Shown here: positions 51,101 to 62,603 of the stretch, piece after piece
Layout of the letters: every line of letters begins with the position of its first letter
Numbering within the stretch: the first letter of the stretch is position 1
DNA from: Psilocybe cubensis
Lineage: Eukaryota
Assembly: GCA_017499595.2 (NCBI GenBank)
Contig: CM039007.1
Span: 930,001 to 994,000, forward strand
Length of the DNA: 64,000 bases
Reading direction: 5' to 3'
Program-made: the position numbers and the translations under genes
Notes under the pieces: generated by a model
Seen by the model: the letters and a program-made list of their open reading frames with translations, nothing else
Told to the model about the DNA's origin: nothing
The model's database searches: none

Positions 51101-53478
51101 GCTCGCCCATCTCGCCAACATTCAGCGCTCTCTCCTTCTTCTTGCCTTTCTGCGACGACTGTGACGAGCTCGACGCAGTGCGCGACATGCTCCAGAAGCT
51201 GAAGCGGTTTCTGCCCGACGTCGAGAGCGCAGGGGAGACAGGGCGCGCAGATTCCGGGCGCGGGACAGCTGACGGCGATGGTGGTGGCGCGGGCCGCACA
51301 GTGAATGCCTGTTCAAGAACAAGCCACTTGAGCGTCTTCTGCTTGCCGCCCTCTTGAACGGGGCCGTACAGAAGCTGCGGAACGAGGGTCGACTTGAACT
51401 TGCAGATGATAAAGGTCGGCCATGTCGCTGTGATAGGATCGAGCAGCGAGTCGCTCCAGAAATCGATGAACGCTTCGTCGAGCTCGATGACTTCGAGCTT
51501 GGTAGCGCGGACAATGGCGGTCGCCTCCTTCTTGACAGGGTCTGCAGGCGGAGGGGGCGAGACGGGTGGCACAGGTTCAGCCGAAAAGTCGACGCTCTTC
51601 CTCGAAACGGCTTTGCCGCGCTTGCTCGACTTCCTCGAAAGCGTCGTTGTAACTGGAGTAGTCTTCTCCAGATCCGTGTCGAATAGCGTCGACACGAGCG
51701 GGGCCATTGCAGGCGTCGAGTCGAGGAAACCAGACGCTGAGAACTGCACCCAGTCACTGCCAATAGCAGACGTGGCTGGGGGCTCCGTGGCGGACTTGCT
51801 ATGCTGATGCGACGGCCTGCTCTGCTCGCCAACAGAGAAGGAGTAGCCGCGAGACGGGGACGACACAGGTCTGTCGGTCTCGCCTACAGACGCGGAATGT
51901 CCGCGCGCAAGAGACGGCGAGAGCAGATTAAACACGGGCGATTTCGCCTCCTGTGCTTTCTCCGAGCCTTTGTCTGGGACGATGGAGAGGAACCGGATCG
52001 TCTCGTCGGCGAAGATGTTGCTGAGAGGCGATGGGTTGCTGCCTGTCTTCGATGCAGCTGTAATCTTCGCCCATAGCTCGGCGTATTCTCCACCTTCGAC
52101 TTTAGTGGAAAACGCGTCGGCGAGAATGTTGAGAGGGTGGACCTTCAACTTAGGCTTGCGCCTCTCAGATGATAGTTCGACTTCAATGCGAACGTAAAGA
52201 GCGTCGTAGAGTCGGGTAGTGAAGTGTGGTGGGGATAAAAACTGTACATCCGTAGTAGGTGGTGAGAGTCCTTGGGTATATGGGTATCTTCGTACAAGTT
52301 CGAGTAGACGAACGGGCATGCGTTGGTCGGTAGATTCATCGCTGAGGAATCATGAGATAGGGGTCGTGCTGATAATAATAAAAAATGCAAACTCACCGAA
52401 TTCGAGATAAGAACAAATGTTCGAGCATTCGACCCATGCGTTCCCATCTGGCGTAGAAAGACTTCCAGTCATCTTTGTCCTCCACGCGTCTGGAGGTTAA
52501 CAACCACAGACCGAAAATCTTCGAGAGCTTGCTGCCAGACGTGCTGTTGGCCTCGGAGTGTGCAGCGAGCGAGGAGAATATCTCCAAAGTAGCAACAAGG
52601 AGATCGAGATGCGCTTTTGGCAGGGCCGGAGCCAACTTCTCTGAAAAGGCTTTAGGGGGGTACTCCGCGGCTGCTTCCGCATCAAGGAAAGCCTTGTACC
52701 AGCCGTCGTCGGTCCCAAAGCTGTCGCCCTCCAGCTGGAGGTGACGGAGACCCCATCTGAGGACGGCCGCGACGTCATGGGGTGAACGGGTAGACTCGAT
52801 CTCGGATTCGAAAGGTGACGAGACTAGCGCGGGAGTAAGTGAGATAGCGGTTAGCGGTGTTTTCGGTTCCATAGAATGTATGAATTGGGATAGTAGTCTG
52901 CGTTGGACTTCCGGGGATGCGGAATACCAATGAGGGTGCATTACACCCAGTGTTTCGAGGCCTACATCGATAGTTAGAGACAAATCTAAACTGATAATGA
53001 AAAAAACGTTACCTCTAGCTACAATAGCTTGAGAACAAGCCCTTATCAATACAAGAGCCTCAAGAGGGTTTAAGCGACGTCGTCCAATAATTGCATCGCT
53101 CAGAAGGATGTTGGCGTCGGGGTCAACCGATAAGAAAGATTCGAGTGTGCGCGACGAAGGCTCTCCATTCGACGTCGAAAAGTCGAGCGAAAGTTGGGGG
53201 AGAGGTATCGGGGCCTTGTACGAGACTTGCGGGGGGGACGGACGCGATTTGACTTTGAAAAGGGAGAATCGATTATCCCTCTCCTTTTCCTTTTCCTTCC
53301 CATTCTCTCCCTCGGTCTTGGATCCCTCTAACTCAAGAAAATTGGCAGCACTGGGTGATACATTGGGTGAGATGGCTTCAAATTTACCATCGAGCAGTTC
53401 TCCGGGGCGTAAAGTCGTAGGCGAAGTTTCCGCGTCCTTTTCCTTCCGTCCGAAGACTTTGGACAAAAACGAGTGCAT
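39187..53478 (-). CDS. Giant (~4,600 aa) protein: N-terminal Msb1/Mug8 (DUF1708, RhoGAP-like) domain plus very long acidic E/V/A/P/T-rich repetitive tail
   Basis: ATG 53478 (MHSFLSKVFGRK). In-frame GT-AG introns 53012..52962, 52396..52342, 48101..48050, 46306..46256, 42328..42276, 41713..41646, ~41594..41543, 39610..39559 plus two more 3' introns join the large minus-strand ORFs; stop at 39187. Head motifs SPHDVAAVLRWGLRHL, WYKAFLDAE...YPPKAF, LAAHSEANSTSGSKLSKIFGLWLL, MLEHLFLSRIR resemble the Msb1/Mug8 domain. Confidence 0.85.
42700..45900 (-). repeat. Coding minisatellite: 18-bp unit encoding (V/I)EETP(A/T) hexapeptides, with 54-bp higher-order repeats
   Basis: gtctcctcaacggcgggt-type units; near-perfect 54-bp block (EETPAVEETPTVEETSAI) about four times at ~44105..44320; most homogeneous core 43590..44530. 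Confidence 0.95.
48960..49700 (-). repeat. Second, more degenerate EE(T/A/S)P(V/A)V repeat block
   Basis: VEEAPVVEEAPVI, VEEASVVEEASVVEEA, IEESPVVEETPA units inside the 48102..52341 exon. Confidence 0.75.
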
Positions 53479-55267
53479 CGCGTGTGCCTGCACATACAAA
53501 AAAAAACAGATTGAGTAAGTGGAATTTCGCTTGGAAAAAAGGTGCGTGAACGTGTATCAGTGCACTTACAACCGTAATCCAAGGTCCTTGAGGCCTAGGA
53601 CTGTACCAATGGCTGGCCGGTAGGAGTCGTGGAGGAAAGGAAGGTTGCCTGCAGGCTGCCACGTGCCGTAACCGTGACTGACGGCGGACCTTGAAATCCC
53701 GGAGAAATCGGTGCGACCTTGCTCGCTTAGCAGCTCCTTGGTTCGACCACTTCCAGGCCCAAGGGAACTTCCAGTGACACTAACAGCTCTCAAGGGTTTT
53801 TTCTCAGCACCGTATTGTCCATTTTCTCTCAATATCCTCTCTGGAATATCCACTGTCAATATCTATCCAACAAAACATGCTTTGATTCTCGAACCATTTG
53901 TAATTTGGAACTTGTGCGTCCGAAAGGCACGACATCCCCTCGCAAACAATAAACCAATCATGCTGGGCTCTGGGTCCCATCTGCTTCCATAGCGCCGTTC
54001 TCTAGCCGTTCAAATCACTTCATGATCGAAGCATATGCCACTGTCAGACCTAATCCTGATAATGAACTCTGTGCGAAATGCTCTATTCGGGGGCCTGCAT
54101 CACCGATCCGGGCCAGGCGAGCAGGCATTGGGGCTCGCGAGATAGCTATCAAGCAGTCCGAGTCGATGTCCGCTAACGGGACTGTGTTCAATAAAGCTAG
54201 GCTCCAAAGTTTCATTGACCGTTTTCGAGTTTGTGTGACATGGCGCTTACCCTTGTTATATCCCGGGTCTACTACAGATCATTATAAGTAGCTGAATGAC
54301 AATGTACGTCATTCTGTCCCCTGTAGAACAAACATTAACTTGATCTCTTCATAGACTTGTGTTGCTACCATTATATAATAGATTTCAACCTTTCCAGAGC
54401 AATAAATTAATCATACCACCCACCGGGTATTGGCCATTCACCGAAATCATCCAATCTGCCACCATTCCTATCATATGTACGCTCAGCGATGATATATTTT
54501 AACACAAAGCACCTCTAACTCCCCCTCGTCTGTCTACCATGACCCATTCCAACGGTGCACGTCCCTCCAATCCCAATCTTGGAACCAGACCTCTCCCTCA
54601 AACCCACACAAAGCTTATTCTTCCACTACTTCAAACAAATTCAAACGTACCAGACATCGGCATACAACATATACATAGCTCAGACGTCACAGTAAATAAG
54701 AACGGTCATCACCCAACCGAACACAACCCCGCTGATATCGACCTTATATCAGACGCTCACAGCCCAGAATTACCCTTCCCAGCATCAACGACACCTGCCA
54801 TACATAGACCTTCCCCGCCCACGCACGTCCTTTTCATCGATTTTTACCTTTCATCTATATTTTTCTCTGGGAATATCCTCTCCGCAACAAAATTCCGTCC
54901 CCTCTCCTGATTAACAGCCTGATATCTCATCGAACAGCTCTCCTATCGATCCAACAAATACGGTGCAGTGCTCGATTATCATCACTCATCAACACGGCAG
55001 CATACCTCGCAGCAAAGCACGCCAATCCCGTCTACGAATATAGCAACTTCCTCTCTCGCAAATGCCTATAAAAAGCCCTCGTGCCGTCCACATCTATTTG
55101 CAGCATTTCTGACTTGATCTTGATGCCCTCCCGAAGCAGTCTGTCCAAATACCCTTTGGGTGGTGGGGAGGGAATGTAAACGTCTATAATACCAGGATAC
55201 CCACCGTAAGCCTGAACCCCCCCCCTCCTTGACAAGACACCATTTTCATGCACCCTCCCCCTGCAGA

Positions 55268-57076
55268 ATGGCCTTCCCGCAGTTCCCGCCGCTGACGCTC
55301 GTTCTCGCCGCCACCGCCGCCTTGCACGGTGCGCTCCTCGTCACCGCGCAGACCACTCACACGGTAAGCACAATACCCACGAAAATGACTCCTGCTGCAC
55401 GGTGATTCGACGCTAAGCTCTGTTTGGTATTGGTATCGGGATTGGAACTGTTTAGGTGAAAGTCGGCCTCCAGGGAAGCTTCTTCGATCCCGCAACCATA
55501 TCCGCTGGGTTAAATGACACAATCACATTCATTTTCGCGGGATTGTAAGTGTGTACCTGATCCACGTCTCCCAGCCTCAGTTTAACTTTCCTATTCCTAT
55601 TCCTTTTTCTTTACCGCAGCTTTCATACTGTTACACAATCGAGCTTTGCCAACCCTTGCTCGCCCCTTCCGGGCGGCTTCAGCAGTGGTCCTGCTGGGAC
55701 GCAGAATAATGACACGCAGCATCCTATGACATGGGATCTGCACATCACAAATGTCAGCGAACGTAAGTCCCACAGCAACCAAATTTCAGAATTCGCGAAC
55801 CAGGACGACTAATGATTACCCTCTGGATGTCTTTCTGTCGGTCTTACATAGCCATATGGTTCTTCTGCGAGATGACACAGCCAACATCTCATTGCGCGGT
55901 TTCCGGCATGGTTGGGTAAGAAATGTCCACAGTATCTTGGTGAATGCAAAGGAATTCATAGACGGTATATCAGCGTTATCAACCCCCCGAGCATTGCTGC
56001 GTACACAAGTTTCAGAGCAGCAGCACAGCAGGTGACAGGAACACCCCAAGTAAGCGCAGACCCCTCCCAACCCTAACCACCCAACCACAACCACAACTAC
56101 TAACAAACCAAAACCTCCCCAGCCTAACTTCCAAATAGCGCTCACAGGCATAGGCGCCTTTGCCACCCAAACACCCGCAATCCCATCCACGCCCGTCTCC
56201 ATCCCTCCATCCACCCCAACCCCCTCCGACTCCTCCACCACCTCCTCAACAACAAGCTCCTCCACCACCTCTCCCTCCGACACATCCACCGCCGCCGCCG
56301 CCCACTCCTCCTCCTCCTCGCACCTCGGCGCAATCGTCGGAGGCGCCGTAGGCGGCGCCGCCGTCCTCATCCTCGGCCTCATCCTCATCCTCTGGCTCCT
56401 GCGCGTCCAAAAATCGCGACGCACGCGTACACCCGGCGCACCGGACTCGCCCACCTCCGACGACGCCAACTTCTTCCGGTACAACCCCGCGCCAGTACGC
56501 CGCAGGCCCAGCGAGGCGTTCGCCGAGGCGAAGCAGCTCGAAGCCGCGCGCAGCCTCAGCGCCACGCGCCAGGCAACACCCACGCCCGCCCCCGCGTCCG
56601 CCCCGTCGATGTCGATGTCGATGTCGATGTCGCCTAATAGACGCGGCGAGGTCGTGCAGCAGCCGCAGTTCCCCCCGGGTGTGCCGAGGACGTTGATGGT
56701 CGAACCGCACATGCTGGACAGGCAGACGTCGTTCGGGTCCACTGCGATGTCCTTCACCGGTAACTCCAGCGCCGGAGCAGCGTCCGTGGACCAGCACCCG
56801 CACCCGCACCAGCAGATGCAGCAAACTGCGAACCTGAACATCCATGCGCTTGCGAGCGAGGTCGCTGGGATCCTGCGGCAGCCCGCGAACACAGCACCAG
56901 TAGCTGCGCACCCGAACCAGGAGGGCACCCCGCGGAGCATCCGCAAGCTCGCGTCTGACAGTAGCAGATTCGGCGCGGAGAGTATCCATCGCACCGAGAG
57001 CCCGCTCAGCCCGCCTGCGTATCGCACCACCGTCGTATCCCAACAAACGCTCCCTGACACACGTCCACATACCTGA
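55268..57076 (+). CDS. Type I membrane protein with extracellular cupredoxin (blue-copper-like) domain, Ser/Thr stalk, TM helix and PPxY tail
   Basis: Signal peptide MAFPQFPPLTLVLAATAALHGALLVTA; spliced QTTHTVKVGLQGSFFDPATISAGLNDTITFIF..FHTVTQSSFANPCSPLPGGFSSG...PIWFFCEMTQPTSHCAVSGMVGVINPP; TM LGAIVGGAVGGAAVLILGLILILWLL; SPPAY near the end. Confidence 0.88.
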
Positions 57077-57184
57077 AAAACACATCCGGATTTTTTTATT
57101 TTTTGATATATATTATACATACATACAGCAATTGCCCTCTTTTTCTGTTTTTTTGACTTTTCCAGTCAGTCGCGCTCACGCTTT

Positions 57185-57205
57185 TGTGTGTGTGTGTGTG
57201 TGTGT
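57185..57205. repeat. (TG)n microsatellite
   Basis: About ten TG units in the 3' flank of the cupredoxin gene. Confidence 0.9.
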
Positions 57206-58428
57206 TGCTTTTTTCGTTGCGTCTCTCATCTGATCTTGCGCTCATTTACTCTCATTATATTTCTTTATATTCACATCACTTCCCCCTCACGATCCACTCA
57301 CACTATGTAGTAGTACCACCTCACCTCTCTCTACCCCTCACAAAACAACAGGTAGCAAGTAAGTAACGCCGGCTCAAGTCGCTCGACACAAATATATCAC
57401 TCCGCAGACGGACATACTTATAGACATGACGGCTGTAATGCAAAACACATTGACCACTATACAGTTCATCAATGTTTGACCCAGTAATAGATGCGAACTC
57501 TCCCATACACACAGGTAAAACCTGGTAGAGCCCCAAGGATTTCACAGCGCGCCGACGGAACAGATGCAGGTCTAGACTTCGAGGAAGATGTCAGAAGGCC
57601 GGGTATAGCGCTTTTCTATTGCGACATACAGTCCAAGTACCACGGTACTGACGACAGATGCTGTGAGACGTTCTAGCAACAATTACAAGTCAGCGCGAAT
57701 ATGACTTGTGTCCGAGTAATTAAGAGGATCTGCATCGATACCGCCGACGAGATCTTCAGGGGGGTGTTGCGTTGCCGTCGATTAATCCATACCCAGTCAT
57801 CCACCCAACCACAGCAGCTGAATTTAGAATATCAGCGCACAAGGCAAAGGTCCATATATACCACACTGGGAACATCAATGCCAATTTTAAAAAAATAAAC
57901 TCCCACCCAAAATTGAAACCACCCCAGCGGCGCTCCTTCAAGCTGAGGCGCAGTCTTTAGCCTGAGGTTCGCCTTATGATCTTCCACGACAAAAGATAAG
58001 TGAGATAGACCATAAGTCAAATATACATTACACGATTTGAAGAAACAAGATACAAAAACAACAGATAGCGTTCCAACGGTAGCATGCAGCAGGTGTTTTG
58101 GCGGAGTTGCTAGACGAGCCTTCCATCCCATCCAGTCCAGTCCAAAGTAGCAGGTAGAGAAAAGAGAAAATAAAAAAGAAATCTAGCTGTATAGATGTAT
58201 AATCAGCTATCAAATTAACCATTCGACTTGGAAGGGCACAGAAAATGATAATGACAAGTCGACCAAAAAATCAAGCAAAACACATACCATAGTTCATGAT
58301 CATCACACCAACGCCCGCTGTCCGCCCTTTCAACGTCCATCCGTCCATCTTTCACCGTCACCATCACCATCACCGTCACCATCACCAGTCACCGTCACCG
58401 TTCACCAGTCACACCCCAGCGCCCACGC

Positions 58429-59222
58429 TCACGTCGACCCGCCAACGAGCTGTCCCACCGCATTCGCATCGGTCCCCGTCCCCACCGCCCCCGCCACAGC
58501 CGTCGCCGCCGACTCCGTAGGCCTCCCAATCACACCCCCCTGCGTCGGCGTCGCGCCCTGCGACGGCCCCGGCTGCGGCTGCGGCGCGTTCGGGTCACCC
58601 ACACCCTGCGACGCGCCCGTCCCCGCACTCGTGCTCGTGCTCGTCCCCGTTGTGCTGGAACTCGAGCCGTCCGAGGAAACCTGCGGCGGCGCCCCACTCC
58701 CATTTCCATTCCCACCATCATCCGGCCCAGTCGGCGCAACGACCGCATCGCTCCCATGCTTCTTCTTCGACCCGCCCACGCCCCCGCCCACCGCCGCCGC
58801 TATCACCACGACGAGTGCAATGGCGATGATAACGATGCCCTTGCGTGTGCGGTAGAACGGCTGTCGCTGCTGCTGCATTCTGTGGGCGTTGGCGGTTGTG
58901 TGCGTGGGGTTGGCGGTGGGTGGAAGGGCGGCTTCGAGGTCGGTCCCTTGCGGTGTGGGCGTGCTCGGTTTTTCGACGAGGAGGTCCGGGTTGTATCCGC
59001 TCTGTGTAGAAATTCCATATGGTTCGTGTGTTCAGCTTTCACGACGTAGAAAAGGAAACAGGAGCAAAAAAAAAAACCGAAAGCAAACCAGAAACCAAAA
59101 CTAAAGAAAAAGCAAAGTAGAAAGAAAGAAAGGCTCACCTGAAGCTGCGCCTTGGTCGCCGCAGGCGCAGACGCCAACAGCGCCGCGTCATATTCCTGCT
59201 GATGTCCTCCATTAGACGCCAT
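58429..59222 (-). CDS. Single-pass (type II-like) membrane protein, Gly/Thr/Pro-rich C-terminus
   Basis: Exon 1 MASNGGHQQEYDAALLASAPAATKAQLQ, intron ~59138..59003, then SGYNPDLLVEK...QPFYRTRKGIVIIAIALVVVIAAAVGGGVGGSKKK. Confidence 0.8.
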
Positions 59223-61830
59223 CGTATGCTTTTCTTTTCTTTCCTTCTCTTCTTTCTATCCCTTTATCACTTTATCTCTGCCCCGTCAAATATCAAGTCT
59301 GGTGTGCGATATCAGAACCGGCTCCTGGTCGGATCTAAAAGCCAAAGGTGAGAGCTGAGCGCTGAGCTGCTGAAGAACAGACAACGGACGAGGAGGTAGA
59401 GGAAGAGGAAGAGGAAGAAAACACGAAACGCCAGTCAAAGCCCAATCCAATCCAATACGGAGTGGGATCAAAAAGCGAAGCGAATCAAAGGTACGTACAG
59501 CCTCACAGGATCAATTCCAAATTCAATTATGTCGCGGGAGGAGCGGGCGGCCACCGCACGCCTGTCCTGTCCATCTGTCCGACCTGCTCGGCGGTATGTA
59601 TAGTATAGTATAGTATGCGTGGGTGCAGTAAGTAAGTGCACCTTGACAAATTTACAAAACCTATAATTGTATGTCGCGAATCGTGATCATAAATATAAGC
59701 TATCGTATCATTCGCATTGGCGTTTCCCGTGTGTTTGATGCAGTACAATATATCACTGTAAGAAGCTTCGTAAGCATCCATCCAGATTCCATGATTCCAT
59801 CCCAGATGCCCGAAGACAGAATCCGCAAATTAAGCACGACGCACGAAGCACGCGCAGAGCGCTGAGAGTTGAGCGCTTGAATTTCTATAGCGCTAAAGCT
59901 TGAAAGCGACCCCGGTATTTATTTCTCTTTAGGAAATCCGTCTCATTCAGCATGTCGTGTAGGTCCTTCTTTTTTGGCCTTGTCACATTCTTTATCATAA
60001 TTCCCTCCGTCCCGAAATCAGCATTACGCTTCTGAACTAACGGAAACGTATCTCTGCGCTGCTTTCTTATGCGTATTGGTAGTTTTCCATTTTATTCCTC
60101 TCGTTCATTCTGCAATCACCATCGTTCATCGCCGTAATGATATCAGAAGCGGGCGCATCCATACAGCCTAACAGCTCTGAACCGAGTATCATACTTTCAC
60201 CTTCCTCCCTTGTTCCATCCGCACTTAGTACTAGCATGTAGACAATACTATATACAAAACATGCATATATGTATATCTAGCGCCGATAGCCTTTTTCATA
60301 TAAGCACCAAAAAATCGATATCAATATAACGACCATGATGAAGTTGAACAACGACAAAGGTTAACCCTAAACATATACAACCCCCAAAAACCAAATACGA
60401 AGGGAAAAAAAAAAAAGACACTCAAAAAGCCCAACAAAAGACCCAAAAAAAAAAAAGAATTCCCAAGAACCCAAACCCAAAGACCGAAAGCCCCCCAAAG
60501 AAACAAAACGAATCGCATAAAACAAAGTCAAATGCCCAAAAGCCCAAAAGCCCCAAAAAGTGTATCTATGTAGAAATAGCAAATACTCCAAATGAAGACA
60601 AAAAAAAAGAGACGTATATAAGCACCCAAGCACCCAAAAGAGAAACATCTAAGCCCGTGTAAACCAAAGTGAAAGTGAGAAGTGAAGCCGCAGTAAATCA
60701 GTACAACCCATACAAAAGCACAAGACCCAAACGCCAGGTGCTAGCGATCCCCGCATCGCACCGCCCTAGACCCTAATACCGCAATACTCGTCCAAATCAA
60801 AATAAAAAAGGGGAAGAACAGTCCTCCTCCCGGTACCGGTACCAGCCCCAGCCCCAGCCCAATCCTGCTCCTAGTCGCTCGCATAAGGTACAGATATAGA
60901 CATAGATCATGGAAACGGATGTGGAGACAAATATGGATGCGGACAGGGATGCAGATGCGAATGTGGTAGGCAGGTACAAAAGCACTGCACCAGCGAAGTG
61001 AATGATCATCGTTATTTGCCGGTCGACACGAAGGCGATGAGGCAGCGAAGTGGATACTCATCATTATCTGCGTCGTGACACCAAAAATTTTCTGAATATC
61101 TTGTGTAAGTCCCGTGGATAATGGTCAATGGATATGGATATAGACCGTCGGTTCTCGCAATCTCGCAGGCTCGCAGGCTCGCACCATTCAAAAAGCAGCA
61201 TCAAGCATCGAAACGCAATAGGGGAGGGGGAGGGGGAGGGAAACAGGGAAGGCGAATGGACGAGGCACTGGTATCAAAAAACACTGGAGAGGGGTAGCAT
61301 GGAAAACTGGCAAGGGGTGGGGGACACTGCAGAGGGCGGGAAGCGCACCAGGGAGTGGGGACAACGAGAGGGATAGTATATCAAGCATAGGAAGCAGTGA
61401 TAGGGAGAAGAGTAGCGTAGCGGGTAGAAAATTCGTGTGTGTGCATGTCAGAGTGACGATGGAAGAGGCAAGACTTATCCCGAGACTGGGAGTGAAAGGG
61501 AGGAGAGGGAGGGTGGATTCGTGTTTTCGAGAGGATGGATATGTGTGTGATTTGTGTTTTATGATTTATGGATTGTAATTTTGATTTGTGATTTGTAGTT
61601 TTTGGTTTTTGACGCCGTGTGAGGGCGTCGGTGTGGGTGCGTGATGGATGGTGACGGTGAACAATGCAATGAAGGCGAAGAAGGGTTGATGTGGCATTAA
61701 CGGTGAAGGCAAAGGTGACGGTAAAAGTTGGCGTGAAAGGCGGCGTGGGCGTGGCTTGGCACAACAAAACACACGTAGTATAGTATCCGTAGCGTGCAGT
61801 GCAGCGTGCGTTAACTAACCTTGTGAGCAC

Positions 61831-62603
61831 CTACGACACAAGCGGCGCCGCATACGCATACCGCAACAGATTCCGTCCCGGGGGATTGGGTATGGACGAT
61901 GCCAGCAGCACCGTCGTCGCCGTCACAACGGCGTTCAGGCCCTTGATCGGGTTCGCAGTCACAGCGGCCATAACGACCGTATGCGGGATCTCAGGGTTCT
62001 CCATCACATCCGTCGTCGACTGCGCTGGCATCATCCCTGAGCTCACACCCGACGACGACGAAGACATAGTCGTATGCACACTCCCCGGATTCCTCGCCGG
62101 CTCATCATTACTCTTATTCCCCAGCACCCCGCCCACAATCCCGCCCACAACAGCAAGAAGCGCGACGACACCAAGCACATAGCCCCATTTCGTGCGCCAG
62201 AACGCGGGGAGCTGCGAAGTCACGACGAGGCGCTGGGAACTCGCCATCGGGAGCTCGGCGTCGTGGTCGTGGTCATGGTTGGGGGAAGAGCCTGCCCGTG
62301 GGGCGCCAGAGGCGATGGATCGTCGGGTGCGCGCGGGTGCTAGCGCGGGGGTGGGCGGGGACGTGGACGGGGGGTCCCGGTCTGTGCGCGCGTGCGCATT
62401 CGCATTCGAATCGCGATCGCTCAAGTCTGCCTGGGATAGACGCGTGATGAGTATACTGTCACCCAAATATAAAGCACACAAAATCCCTCCTCCGCACAGC
62501 GACAATGAGAGAAAAGCGAGCGAAGAACGGTGCGTACCTCGATATCTATGTACTCCGACGAGACCCCGTTGGCCTGGTGGGCCTGGGGCGCGGGGAGGGG
62601 CAT
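61831..62603 (-). CDS. Single-pass membrane protein, similar architecture to the 58.4-59.2 kb gene
   Basis: MPLPAPQAHQANGVSSEYIDIE, intron ~62537..62431, ADLSDRD...LPAFWRTKWGYVLGVVALLAVVGGIVGGVLGNKS. 5' and 3' ends uncertain. Confidence 0.6.

Noticed and set aside
55816-57120. 434-aa and 279-aa minus-strand ORFs
   Set aside because: Antisense to the GC-rich last exon of the cupredoxin membrane protein gene.
60321-60648. Phe/Leu/Gly-rich minus-strand ORFs resembling membrane proteins
   Set aside because: Translation of low-complexity A/C-rich intergenic tracts.
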